From Chrysomallon squamiferum (lineage: Eukaryota; Animalia; Mollusca): DNA of 64,000 nucleotides. The stretch covers positions 29,946,001 to 30,010,000 of the forward strand of contig CM022673.1 of assembly GCA_012295275.1 (NCBI GenBank), read 5' to 3'. This document shows, one piece after another, positions 12,501 through 27,650 of this stretch. Position 1 is the first letter of the stretch. Each line of letters begins with the position of its first letter. The notes under the pieces are model-generated. The model had not been told where the DNA came from. It did no database searches and saw only the letters and a list, made by a program, of their open reading frames with translations. The translations under genes and the position numbers were made by a program.

Positions 12501-15500
12501 CCATTTTAGAGACAAAAAAAAACAACCAAAAAAAAAAAAAATAAATAAAAATAAAATGTTTAAAACTTTTAAAACATTTAAAAATAATAATTAAAAAAAA
12601 TAATATTAATAAGAAAAGGGGCTGAAAGACCCAGCGAAAAGAACTAAGTCTTACAAAAATAAATAAATAAATAAATCAATCAAAAATACTTGAGAATGTT
12701 TTCAAATGTCATGTTTACCTTGTCAAACCTAGGCTGTCCTCTAATCTTGTACTGGTTCTCGCTGGACAGGTCAAGAGTTCTCATTGCTGTCTGCAGGTAA
12801 TCCAGCTGTTGTGCTGTTACTGACATCAGACCTGCAGAATATCAGAATATTGCAATTACAGATTTGGAGATAACAAACAGTAGTAGTAGCAGAAGTAGCA
12901 GTAGTGTTGTAGTATTAGTAGACAGTGACAGAAGTAGCAGTAGTGTTGTAGTATTAGTAGACAGTGACAGAAGTAGCAGTAGTATTAGTAGACAGTGACA
13001 GAAGTAGCAGTAGTGTTGTAGTATTAGTAGACAGTGACAGAAGTAGCAGTAGTGTTGTAGTATTAGTAGACAGTGACAGAAGTAGCAGTAGTGTTGTAGT
13101 ATTAGTAGAAGCAGTGACAGAAGTAGCAGTAGTGTTGTAGTATTAGTAGACAGTGACAGAAGTAGCAGTAGTGTTGTAGTATTAGTAGACAGTGACAGAA
13201 GTAGCAGTAGTGTTGTAGTATTAGTAGACAGTGACAGAAGTAGCAGTAGTGTTGTAGTATTAGTAGACAGTGACAGAAGTAGCAGTAGTGTTGTAGTGTT
13301 AGTAGACAGTGACAGAAGTAGCAGTAGTGTTGTAGTATTAGTAGTCAGTGACAGAAGTAGCAGTAGAGTTGTAGTATTAGTAGTCAGTGACAGAAGTAGC
13401 AGTAGAGTTGTAGTATTAGTAGACAGTGACAGAAGTAGCAGTAGTATTAGTAGACAGTGACAGAAGTAGCAGTAGTATTAGTAGACAGTGACAGAAGTAG
13501 CAGTAGTATTATTAGACAGTGACAGAAGTAGCAGTAGTATTAGTAGACAGTGACAGAAGTAGCAGTAGTGTTGTAGTATTAGTAGACAGTGACAAGTAGC
13601 AGTAGTGTTGTAGTATTAGTAGACAGTGACAGAAGTAGCAGTAGTGTTCTAGTATTAATAGACAGTGACAGAAGTAGCAGTAGTATTAGTAGACAGTGAC
13701 AGAAGTAGCAGTAGTGTTCTAGTATTAGTAGACAGTGACAGAAGTAGCAGTAGCGTTCTAGTATTAGTAGACTGACAGAAGTAGCAGTAGTGTTCTAGTA
13801 TTAGTAGACAGTGACAGAAGTAGCAGTAGTGTTGTAGTATTAGTAGACAGTGACAGAAGTAGCAGTAGTATTAGTAGAAAGTGACAGAAGTAGCAGTAGT
13901 ATTAGTAGACAGTGACAGAAGTAGCAGTAGTGTTCTAGTATTAGTAGACAGTGACAGAAGTAGCAGTAGTATTAGTAGACAGTGACAGAAGTAGCAGTAG
14001 TGTTGTAGTATTAGTAGACAGTGACAGAAGTAGCAGTAGTGTTGTAGAAGACAGAAGAATAATACCTGCAGTAAGTCTGTCAGTGCTGTCAAACAGCGCC
14101 CAGCACCCACACTGCACCATTCCTGTTATGTACTGAAGCATCATGGGAAGCGTGACCGAGTTGTTACATGTTATGGTGAAAACAGCACGACCAAGCAGCT
14201 GTAGAAGATTCAATAAAACTTTAATAATATTTAATACATTTTGTTGTCATAAACTAAATATTTTGAAGATCTTTTCAACTTAACTTGTTATGATAAGACA
14301 GCAGTTTCATGTTAAATAGATTGCGATGATCCAAAAAAATAGAATCTATACAGCATGTGAAACAACACTTTCTACTGTCTAACTTCTTTAACATTGTTGA
14401 TTTTAATAGGGTTTATCTATTTCTTATTACAAAATAATATTCTAAAATTTTAAACTTATTAATTAATTAATTTATTAAGTACACTAAATAAAAAGCATCA
14501 TACACAATTTATAAAAGAGTCTTAAGAAACAGAATCAACTAACTTACCTTAGCCAGCTCTCGGACTGTTTCTGATTTTCCTGTTCCAGCTGGTCCTATCA
14601 GTGTTCCACACTGAAAGTTTTTGGCTGCCTGGGTGAGGGACAGAAACACCCTGTCTGTGAGTGGGGTGATGACAAGGCAGGTCTGAGGCCCCAGGTACTC
14701 GTAGTCGTAGTAGAAAGAGTTTCCAAGCTGCTGGACGTAGCATGGACTGAACTGGTAGTCACTGGAAACTGTTGTCCTTGTTCGTGTCACCTTTGGTGGA
14801 TCCTCAACAGTACTTTCTGGAAAGAGAAAACTATCAAATAATTGTTCTGAATTTATTTTAGTAAATAAATATAATAAAAGTAAATTCCTTCTTTTATGCA
14901 GGGTTTAATATTATTATATGAATACATAAAATTAAAATTTAGTATCTGCAAAACAAATGACAGCAGATTTTCTAAATTAAGTTTAAACAGGCCACTGGGT
15001 GTTGAAGGATTATTTCTTTATATTAACTTTACATATGATGAAGTGTAACCAAAGATTAGATGCGTAACTAACATTTCTTTCCTTTTGGGTTCATGAATTT
15101 AAACTGCTTTAGACTATCTACTTAACTAACAGTATACATGGATACCTAATGAATGTAATTCAGTTTGAAAATCTGCAATAATTGTAAACTAATTGAAAAT
15201 AATTTATAGTGATGAAAAATAAGAAGAAAAGAAATAAAAATAAATAAATAAAAATACAAACCAATGGAATCAACTTTAGGTTTTGACTTCTGAGATGGCC
15301 GCAAACTTGGACGCCCAGACATACTGCCCTGCATCATCTCAGTGACTGTCTTAGCTCTTAGCACGTTCAAAATGTCCATTCGATGTCGCAGAGCTTTCAA
15401 CCAATCAAAACTTGTTTCTGATGGAATATCGTTCTGCAGCAAACCTACAAATTGTAGTTTTCAAAATGTTAAACATTGAATATTAATTGTCTGAAGAAGG

Positions 15501-18500
15501 AAACAAAACAAAACAAAAAAATTAAAAATTAAAAATTAACAGAGATCATCTAATGCTTAATCACCATTCTCTTCTCTGTATGTTACTAACAAAAGAGTGA
15601 CTATAATACCATTATTGCTACTTCTTTACTGCTATCAGTATTATCACTGTTTTTATATCATAACCATAACTTTAATGCATGTTACTAGAGATATAGATGT
15701 AAAGACACGAAGACTGAGAGAAATACTACTGCATAATTAAAAGTAAATACTGATAATATCTTTACTGCTTTTATAGCAATATAGTCATAATTCATCATCA
15801 TCATTGTCATAATAAAAAACATCATTATCATCACCTCATAACCACAGTCATTTTCCTCCTCATCATTATCACCATTTTAATTACTGAATAGTGTCAAAAC
15901 CATCACCATCACCCAATAATCATCAACATAACAACTACCACTGATAAATCTTAATATAGTTGATACATCTTCTATTCTAATCCCTCTATTCCTAACATTT
16001 TATTAATCTCAAGAAATGATATTCACCATCCAGTATGTCTCTTTGATGGACACTCTGAATGACGAGACAAGTCAGTAGACAGTCCAGTCTGTCCTTCAAA
16101 CTCCCGTCAATAGACTGGCTGTTCATTGATTCCTTCAGAACTTTCACATACTCATCCAGCTTCACTCCAATGTTAAGTCTAAGCACAAAGGCAAGATGGT
16201 AAATAAATAAATAAAAAAACACACAATTTAGAAAAAGAAGGAAAAGAGAGATAGGCCAGCTGGTGTAAATAATTTTATACACATGAACTAAAAGTAGAGT
16301 TAAAATAATAATGTTCTAATCAATATGAAGTCTCAGTATGAAATATTATCAGAGCTTTTCTATAAAAGTTATTACATACTTGAAATGTATCAGCAAAGGA
16401 ATCAATTAAAATTTGTCACCTGTAAATTTTGTTACTAAAAAAAGAAATAAATCAACAATTTTCAATGTTTTCTTAAAGTTCTAAAACTTCACAAAATTAT
16501 CTTCTCTCATTTCTGCTGTGTACTTTACAGTATTATTAAGAGAAAAGAAAGTTTATTCTCACCTCATCATTTTGAATTCGTCAGGATCATGTTTCTCAAA
16601 GAGGCGGCTAATCTGTCTCTCCCACATGATGGCTTCTGCTATGAGAACACACTGAACTGGAAAACGCAGCAGCCAATGTCGATAGACAACTCTGATCTGA
16701 CTCTCTATCTCTTTCACTTTACTCTCTTTTTTCTTCATCTTACTGTCTTTACCCTTCATCTTACTGTCATGTTTTTTTATTTGAGTTTCTTGTTTTTTCA
16801 ACTCTGCCAGCTCCTCCAGAATTTGAAATGGCTTCTGGGTTCCTGAAAGACAGATTTACTCATCATATTAATATAAAACTTTAAGAGGCCAGACATCAGC
16901 AGGGACCATTGTTTATTGTTGGTGTGTTATGTAATTTTCTGATTATTAATTCCACAATAATCATCATCATCATAATCATTACTGTCATCAATATCATTAT
17001 TATCATGAACATCATTATTGTGTTCATCATGACATAAATTATATATATTATCAATATCAACATTTAACATCTTTTATGCACCTTCTTCCATCCTGGCTTG
17101 CACACAGGCTTGCAGTATTCCTGTCATGGTGTTCTTCATGATGGAGTCAAGGCTCTTCAGCCAGGTTGTTGCTAGGGGATAAGCTTCAAGTTTGGCAAAC
17201 ATTGGAACCTCTTCTCCCAGTGCACCAACCATTGAAACAGCATGAAGTTTGTCAGCTACAAAACATACATTTTAATATGATGTATTCAAAATAGAAAGAA
17301 TAAATAAAAGAGTATTTTTCAGAAACTGCTCATACTCAGGATTTATCTTTAACATAACGTTACGTAACATCAAGAAATAGTAATAATAATAATAGTAATA
17401 ATAATAATAATAATTATAATAATATTAATATTATTTCTGCCAGAACTACAACACTACCATTACAACTATTATTATTACTATTACTACTACCACTACAACT
17501 AGTATATACTACTACTACTAGTATTACTACTACTACATGTCCTATTATTATTACTGCTACTACTACTACTAATAAATTACCATTTAGAGCAAAGTCCAGT
17601 ACACTGTTTATCCCCATTATTTCTGGGGGTAGAGAGAAGGTGAGGTTTTGGATTCCTGGAAAACATTTCCTGGCATAGGGGACCAGGGCCTGTGGGTTTC
17701 GTGACACGCCCAGCATATCAACAATCTCCGGACTGCTAATAAAATAGAGTCGAGGAAACTGAGCTCTTGTCTTTTCAATGGTTGACTCCAAATCTTTCAG
17801 AATCACTTCCTAAAAAAAAAATAAAGAGATAAAAAAAGAGGAAAAAGAAAAGAAAGATTATTATCTAAATTAACTTTTTATATGATGTCTCCAGTAAATA
17901 AATAAAATAAAATAAAAATAAAATAAAATAAAAATAAAATACTTTGAATGAAACCTGAAAATATCTATATATATCCAAAAGACACAAAACAGTGTAGAAA
18001 TACATTTAAAAATTTGTTTATTTATTAAACAGTATGTAAATGAATAGAGGAGATTACACACAGCAATCCACAGTCTTTTAATTTATATTAATAATTTTTC
18101 CAATCTGACAAACTATCTTGGGATTAATTTTGTTTTGCAGTTATAATCTAAAAACTTTAATATCTTGGATGAACAACTTGTGATTATTTTTAATCTTGTC
18201 TACCATTCATGAAGTAAAATCTTTACTAAACATCTGCCTCTGTTGATTGTATTAATAGATTTACTTGTTCCTGAATGAGTGAGATGAACAGTGATCTCAG
18301 GTTGTCTCCCTGTAACAGCTTGTAGCCTTTTTCTCCTCTTCTCCGATTTACAATTGACATCACAAGAGAATCATTTGAAACACATCGCATCCAGTCCTGA
18401 AAAAAAAGACTTTATACATAATGTCATGACTGTAATGTAAGCAGTTTGGATAATATGTTTAATACTGTCTTTTTGCATGATGCTTACATACGAATACACT

Positions 18501-21500
18501 CAGGTAATTTGTTTCCCTAAAATCCACCAAATCAGTTACTTCATGGAAAAAGAACTTTAATATATTTTCTCTGTGATAAGCAGACAGAGTATTTTTTTTT
18601 ACTTAATACCAAATCAGTTATCTCCATTCAGCAATGAATATGTGTACTTAATGCAGCTTAGTCACACCTATTTAGTACAGGAAAACTTAACTGTTCCTTA
18701 CTTCCCTAATTAGTAGAAATAGAAAATAACTGAGTTCTTGGTTTTTTCTATAACAATATCATTTGCTGACATCCTCAAAGAAAATGAATCTTTTACTGTG
18801 ATTTGTAATTCTTGCTGTACTTGATCAAGTTGACTTTATACAAATAAGAAGACAAAACATTGAGCAATTTGGTAATATTGTTTTATATGTTACAACTGTA
18901 CTAAATTTGATGAGTTTTCACATATTTCTTATTTGTTTTTTATATTAAGTATCTATTTATTATTAAAAATTTGTATAAATTAAATACAGTGTCTTTTTCT
19001 GCTTGATAGAATTTTTTATTTTTTCATTCTTTTTTTGCATTTTGTTATTTAAAAATGTTTTAAAAAAAACTTGATAAACCTTTAGTGTTATTATGCATTT
19101 AAGTTTATTACTGTGTAGTAAATATTAAAAATATCAAACCTTGAATTTAGTGTGAATATTTTCAAATTTGTAGGCTTGTTCATGCAGCTTGTGATACATT
19201 TCTGGCCTCTCAAATACTTTCAGCAAATAGAGCCACTGTAATATCAAATATATTTTACTATAGATATAAAAAAATAATAAACATTTGCAACATTAACAGA
19301 CAAAACCTGGACACTTCTTCTGGCAAGCAAAATCAAAACAAATTAAAATAACAACAGTATGTAGTTATACATACAAATATAAAAATCACAAAACACACAC
19401 ACGCACACGCACGCACAATCACACACACACACACACACAGATGATAATGATGGTAAACATTTTCACCTTTTTCTGACAGACACACCAGAGATCAACTATT
19501 TCCTCCACTTGCTCAAGAACACTGCTCATTGCGTCCACCTGCTCTCCAATCTCTCCTAGGTAGGGGGACTGTTTTATGTATTTTACAGAAATGTAGCTGT
19601 CCTGTTTCAAAATATAATAAATCCATGTTAGTGAAGCTCAACAAAATAATTTGAAAAAAAAAAAATAAAAAAAAAAATAAAAATATGCAACAAAATAATA
19701 TTGAAATAGAACAACAAAACAAAAAGAAAGAAAATCAATGTTGTTACAGGAAATATAAAAAAAATCAGTAGCAAACAATAAAATGGTGCTTTCATGTCTG
19801 TCTGTCTGACACAAAAAAAAGGACTATGTAACAAGATGACAGACAAACTGATAAGCAAAAGTAGTCAGAATTACATGTAAAATGGACAAAGTAACAAACC
19901 ACAGTGTTTACCTCAAGCTGGTATTTAAGGTCCTCCACCTCAATGAGGATGTAGAAGTCATCACTGGTCACATCCAGTCCAGTTGTTGCCCCTGTAACTA
20001 CAGAAGCTCTTTCTTGACGAAATCGCTCCAGTTTTGAGGTTCTTTTGGAAGTCGGCCTTGTTGTCTTCTTGGCTGGCTCTGTGATAGCAAGAATAAAAAT
20101 TAAAAAAAAAAAAAAAGTGACTTCAGAGTTGTCTAAAGAAAAAATTAAAATCTTTAAAATTTATTAAATCAATTTGTTCATTAATAATTCGTTTCTTCAT
20201 TGATTTGTTCATTCTATTATTTGCCATCCAGTCAAACCATTCATTAAGTTGATCACCCAACCATTCATTCATTCATTCATCTGTCCATTTATTCTGCTTC
20301 TGTTCATTCGTTTGTTCACTCAGTTACTCATCCATTCCTTTACCTTTAATGTACATGCTGTCAGGAATGTGTTTGGCCAGTTTAAACTGTCTCTCTTCCC
20401 ACATTTTTCTAATCTTGTGAAACTTCATCTCAAGGTCGTACTCATTGACAGCTTGCAGGTACACTGACTCAATGAGGTCAGCATGGTCAGTGAGGCGGTA
20501 CGCCAACATGTCAGCTACGGTGGCATCCATGGACTGGTTGTAAGGTTCATTCATACCCAGGAAGATGGCCTTCCAGTGTCTTTCCTGTATTATTTAGAAA
20601 AATATGCAAAATGAATATATCTATGTAACAATGTTATTAAAAAAAAATTAAATAGTTTATTATTAAATATTGAAAAATATATTTTTCTAGTTTTAATATA
20701 GAAAGGGGTTAAATAAAGATGAGTGCTAAAAGTGAACAAACCAATAAAGAATTTTTTTTTGTTGTTTAAATGTTTTTTTTTCTTCTGTTAATGCATTTAT
20801 TTATGTACATGTATATTAATGTGCATATATGATTATGTATATTGATATACTTATGTAAGTTTGGAAGATTGTATTCAAGTATAAAATGTGTCTGTGTAGG
20901 TGTGTGTTTCATGCATGCCTGGACATTCAAGCTGTGTATATATGCAAGTATTCTGACACTGAACCTTAATAGCCTCATGAGTGAGCTTATGTAGAACAGG
21001 CAGCTCATTTTTGAATTCCTGCATGGAAATCACCCAGGTTGTGAGGACTGGGTCAGCGTGTGGCAGATGTGGTTTCAACTGTGCTGCTGCTGCCTGCCAC
21101 TCCAGAATCTTCTCTAGAGCTTTGCGGGTGTTCATCTATAAAATATTCCAACATTACGTGCCTGAAATCATCTTAGTTAAGAATACATAGTATTTCTTTA
21201 TTATATATATATATATTTTAAATTAGTAATTTACATTTTCTCTTGAGTTATGTGCTTAAAAAGTTCAGAGCTTGCAATGTTTCATTGGAACTTTGCCACT
21301 TCTGATGTTCCAATACAGTTATGGTTAGAACTGATGATGCAATTAAATTATTTAATACTAATCCAAATTGTCATGCAGAAATTTTTAGCTTAAACTATTT
21401 ATTTACTATAAACCATATGAACCCCCAAAAATACTTTTTTTTTGTACAAAGTCAATTTTTTTTAACAAATTCTGTTGTTTTGTTCATTTCAAACTGAAAA

Positions 21501-23095
21501 TAAAGATGAACCTTTCTGAAGAGCATTTGTTTCCAGTCCTTGATGGCATGAGTGGTGACGTCAACATATTTCCACAGTTCCTGCCTGACGTCCATGCGTA
21601 CAGTCATATCAGTAAGAAATGAGAGGTTGTATGGCTCCCCACAGATAGCCAGTCTCCAGTTACTGCACTCCTGTAGCTGCAGCTGTACCGAGAAAAACTT
21701 CTCTCTGATCTGTAACAGAAATTAATTCCAAAAATATTATTCATTATTATTTCATTATTAGAAAAGACAAAGAATTTTATTTAATGCACTTTTCACTTTG
21801 TTTTAACTAACTCTTAACTTAGTGTGTGGACTAATAACAGACAACATTAGCAATCTTAAACTTTATTCTGAAACTCTAGCACATAATTTTTTTTTTTTTA
21901 AAAGCATGGAAAAAGAAAGCACCTTAGAAATAGTTAACTTTTGGATGAATGTTTAATGAAACATCTCTTTATATTTTAAATTAACTCTAGAATATCTTCA
22001 GTGAAGGACAAAGCAGTTATATTTTTTAATTAAATGCACCTATAGTGTATAACATAGAGTGTTATATCATATTTCATCAATCCAATATGAAACTTTGATA
22101 TCATCAACTTCTAACACAGCTAAACATTTTGCCATTAGATGGAAATATCCTTGTAAGGAATGTTCCACTGTTTAATTCCAGTGCTTCTGAACAATAAACC
22201 AGTCATGGATACAATGGGATACAGATCAATGGGGCAGTCTATGAGTAATCATTCACTAACATCTCCTGCCTCAGACCTAACCACGTTGAGGTAGCACACT
22301 TCAGGTATGTTATACTCACAGTTTTCATTTCTTTGAGGACTATCAATGGATTCTGAGTTGGATCAAGAAATATTCCACTTGTTGCCATTTCAGAAAGACG
22401 GTGTGCTTCTTTTTCTAATTTCTGAAATGAACAACAAAGTATTATAGTAAAAAAATAAAAAATAAAATTACTATTGTTGACAATTCAAAAATTTATTTAT
22501 AATTTGGAATTGTGAACTATTTTTTAAATATATTTATTTAAGTTAAAAAATGTGATTTGATAAAAATATTTGGGTAATTATTTGTTTTAACTTTACTTTG
22601 TATGGTTTCAGGTAAAACATTTTAATAGTTACGTAAATATTATGAGTACAAAATAAACTTAGGTAATTGAAAAATGGGAAAAGGTAACTAGAAAGATGAA
22701 TTAAACCATTGATTTAATTATATTTTGCTTTTATTTTAATTAAATATAAAAAGAGTTTACTGAAAAATAAATAAAAATTAAAATAATATCACAACAGTTT
22801 TATACCCAGAAATATTAAATTCAGTATTTTATACTAATAATTATAACATTTGGTTAGAAACAACAAAAACACTGCACTCAGTGAGTCATTTCCTCAAAAA
22901 AATAAATAAAAAAATAAATAAATAAACAAACATATTTATTTAAATAAATAAATATTAAGAAACTCAGAAAAATTAAAATAAGTAAAGTATGTTCTGTACA
23001 GACATATTTGCTTAACATGAAATTAACTAATATAATATTAAAATTAATTAAAAAACATAACAAATAACTAAATAATAATAATAATAATGATAACA

Positions 23096-23157
<62 letters not shown>

Positions 23158-26100
23158 CTAAACAATTGACAATATCTCACCAAAAAAAAAAGAAGAAAAA
23201 AAAGAAATCCTAATTAAATAAATAAATAAATAAATGAAAATGTCTTAAGGGTAATAATATTATTATTTACTAATAATTTTAGAAGACAGACATCAAATAG
23301 TCATTACTTTTTTCAAATGTTTGTTAGTTGCCGCCAAAGCTGTTACTTAATACATACAGTTACTTGAGTTAGAATAAAAATAATTTTGATACTGAAAATG
23401 GATGGAGAGAAAAGGAATGGTTTTGACTGGAATCTATTTTTCTGATATAAATGAATAATTCATGGAAATTCTATAAATACAATAATTTTAGGATAACTAA
23501 AGAAATAATATATAAATTTAAAAAAAATTATTATACATTTAAAAAAAAAATTCTGAATGAAAGAAAACAATGAATTGAAAAAGGCTTTAAAAATTAATAT
23601 TAAATTAACATTAAATAATAACGATGATAATGATAATAATAATAATAATAAAAATAACTAAATAAATAGATTAATATATAAATCAATTAAAAAAAAACTG
23701 AGAAACAGAAATAAGTAAAAAATAAGTAAATAATGTATTATAAAACTCAGAGTGGATATATCCACATATACACACACAGCCCAAAGCAGTGGTCACACAT
23801 ATCTACTACCATAACAAGACTTGGGTTCTTTTCAATTTCGTCTAGCTGTTTTTTTGTTACAGCATATTTCCTGCGCTAATTTGCACAAGTTAAAACAAGA
23901 TATTGATATTAGAACATAATAACAACAAATCAAATGACAATATCTTAATTTGGTGACAAAAATACTTCAGATAGCATCCCATTCGAAATACAACAATAGT
24001 TCTGGTTTTATCTGATGTTGGTCAGTTTTCATAAGTCAGAAATATAAAATTAAATTTAATATAATTCTCATTAAAAGTTAACAAAGGCCATGAAAGATGA
24101 AATTAAAAGAAGAAGGAACCCACTTAAAAAAAAAAAAAAAAAAATAAATAATAAAAATTAAAACTATAATTATGTATAGAATAAATAAATAATAAAAATT
24201 AAAACTATAATTATGTATAGAATATATGAAAAAAACACCCCCACACTCAAACTGTAAGCACACACAGACACAGACATACAGACATATATACACACAAAAC
24301 CACATACTACACATTTATGAAAAGATATATCAAAGTTAAAAAATTTGATTATAAATAATTATTATGTTGTTTTTTAAAATGATCTTATTTGGAAAACATC
24401 CTTTAGAAAAGATATCAGTGCAAAATAACTATATACTATATTTTTATACAAAAAAAACCAAGTGACAATTACAGAATAGTGAAGAGCAGGGAGAATTTAA
24501 TAGGCTTGGAGTCTCTTAATTTTGACCTTTCCTAGAACCATTTTTATCTATTTATCTATCTCAGTGATGTATCTAATGCTTTATTATAAAGTATGCTACA
24601 ATAAATAAAATAATAACAAAATATATTTAACAAAAAAATAGAAATAAAAATTAAATAAAATTAATAACTGATGCCAAAGTTAATTTGTATTCATTGTCTC
24701 CACAGCATTTTCCAGGTGATTAACTAATTTCAACTTCTAAACTATAAAAATTATTGAATAATATAAGACCCCAAAATTAAGGAAGATCAGAGTCAGTGGC
24801 TTATTTTGATATATCTGTGTTCACATCAACTACATTGCAGTGTCTTTCTGTTAATAAATTCAATATAACCTGGTACCTGGGTGCTAAGAGCTAAACATTA
24901 TAATGCTTTGTGTTAGTATCAACCATTTAGGTTATAGTGTCCCCATCTACTCTGTGTTATAGTGTCTTTGTCTTTACTGTTACAGTGTCTCTATGTATAC
25001 AGTATACAGTTGCAGTGTCTCTCTCTACTTAATGTTGGAGTGTCTATCTAAAAACAGTTATGGTATTTCTGACTATATAGTAATGGAGTCTACACAATAT
25101 TACAGTGTCTGTATATATAGTTATAATGTCTCTAACAGTGTCTCTATATATGTTTATTATTCTGTCTACACAGTATTACAGTGTCTGTCTACAGAGTTAT
25201 AGCCTCTGTTACACAATGTTATGATCTTTATCTAAATGCAGTTATGGTGTCTCTATCTACACAATGTTATAGTATCTACAAACACCATAACAATGTCTCT
25301 TTCTACATAGTATTATAGTTTCTTTGTCCGCATGATGTCATAGAGCCTCTGTCAACAGCTGTAGTATCTCAGTAATGGTGTTTCTATCTACATTAAGTTA
25401 TAAATGTACCTTAAATGTGTTCTCTAACTGGCGAGTCATCAGTGGTGTCTGGGTGCTGACAAAATCTCCGGCATCCTGCATCTGGATCAAGAAAGCTTCC
25501 CACAGAGCCCAGACGTTTTCCTCCAGCTTCTCTTCCTCTGGGTACAGCTGTCGATAACTCATTCGAATCACCTGAAAGACAATTTATATTAAAAATATGA
25601 AATCATCATAATCTTTATAATCATTTAAGATGCATTTAGTTCAGATAAAACATAAATATAGAATCATTTAAAAAATACAGGACCACTGAAAGAAATAATG
25701 CTGTTAAAAATACTGACCACTGAAAGAAATGATGCTGTTAAAAATACTGACCACTGAAAGAAATGATGCTGTTAAAAATACTGACCACTGAAAGAAATGA
25801 TGCTGTTAAAAATACAGACCACTGAAAGAAATGGTGCTGTTAAAAATACTGACCACTGAGAGAAATGATGCTGTTAAAAATACAGACCTCTGAAAGAAAT
25901 GGTGCTGTTAAAAATATTGACCACTAAAAGAAATGATGCTGTTAAAAATACTGACCACTGAAAGAAATGGTGCTATTAAAAGTAAATGACCATTAGAAGA
26001 AATGGTAGTTTTACAGATACATTAAAAAGTAACTAATATGCAGTACTTCAAAAAGTAATTAAATATATAAATACCCTAAAAAATAATTAGATGTAAAAAT

Positions 26101-27581
26101 ACCTCAAAAAGTGATTTGATATACTCAATTCTCTGCTGGTAGTGAGGTGTATTTTTTTTGTACAGGTTGTAGTTCTTGGCATAGGTGGCAAAGGCTTCAA
26201 CAGATGTCTTTTTGTTTTTCAGATTCTGCAATATGACACTCATATCACCGCAAAAATGTTTGGCAAGAGTTTTGGCTTCCTCTGCAACAAACGTGATAAG
26301 TTCCTGGTAAATACCATCCAATTTCGGAAGCAGCCCTTTATGAATGATAGAACAGTCCACACAAAACATTCCATTTTCTGATACAAAATATTTGTCAAAG
26401 TTACGCACTTTCTCAGACCAGAGACGAATCTCAGTAAGTTTTTGCTGGATGAAAAAAAAAAGAAATAAAAAAGATTAAAATATTAAAATGATTAAAACAA
26501 CACTATAATTTATTAATAAATGTGGCTGGTATTAGGTAAACATTATTATTATTTTTAATTGAGCCAACCTAAACTCGAGAAATGCATTGTTTGAACAGGG
26601 CACTTGATGAGTTGTCTGAGGATATGCAAACAATGTTTTTACAGAAGCATTCACAAAATTACAACAATACAACTGGGTTTTTTTAACCTGTCTATAAAGA
26701 ACTGTAGAGATGTTTTGCTTAAGGCAAGTCTGCATGGACACTTACAGACACAGACAAATTACCTCAATGGTGAAAGCAGCAGCGCCTTGGAATTCCAGCA
26801 GATAATTGTCATTCCAGGTGCGACAAAAGATGTGAATATCACAGAGCCATTTGTTATATTCACAGTACTGGTCTATCTCCTCCAGTGCTATGTTCATCAT
26901 GTCAGCATGGATGGCGAGGATCCTCTGGAACTCCTCACTAAGTTCAAAAATAAAACAAACAAATAGTTCTTGTTTTTCAATGTGATCATTTTGTGTTCTG
27001 CATTATTGCAGTTAACTACGTAACGACTGTAATTAGGTTTGCTGTATCATAAGTGTATTTAATCAAACTCTATTTGTGACTAATATTAAAAAGTATATTT
27101 TAGAAAATAAAGCATGATGCACTATTCCTAAAATTCTTCTTATTTTCCATGAGATTTTTATCTACTATTCCTCAAATCAGTGGACACTGACTGTCACAGG
27201 ATTATCTCAATCTAATTATAATTTTTATAATTTTCAGTTGTCCTGTGTTCTCTCTTGTCTTATCTGTGTCATTCAGATCCATTTCATTCCATCTCACTGT
27301 TAAAACTGAAGTAAGAAATAACAAATAGAAAGCTGTGCTACAACTGCAATAAAAAGGAAAACTCACTCATTTGACAACTTCTGTTCCAAACTGGCGCTTG
27401 TAAGAGGGGTATACTGCCCCATGAAACCTTCTCCCTCTACTGCCATGACAACATCAGCAGCTTTCATGACAACAAGTCTAGGTGTGGCAACACCAAGATC
27501 ATCGTCTTTCTTGCTTGGAGTAACTGGAAAAGAAAAAGAATAATGGATTTTAGATATAGTTTAATAAAAACATACAAAGAT

Positions 27582-27650
<69 letters not shown>

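Noticed and set aside
14548-17809. Calling the gene a canonical axonemal dynein (DNAH)
   Set aside because: DNHD1-type N-terminal motifs and the degenerate Walker B, sensor I and arginine finger fit DNHD1 better.
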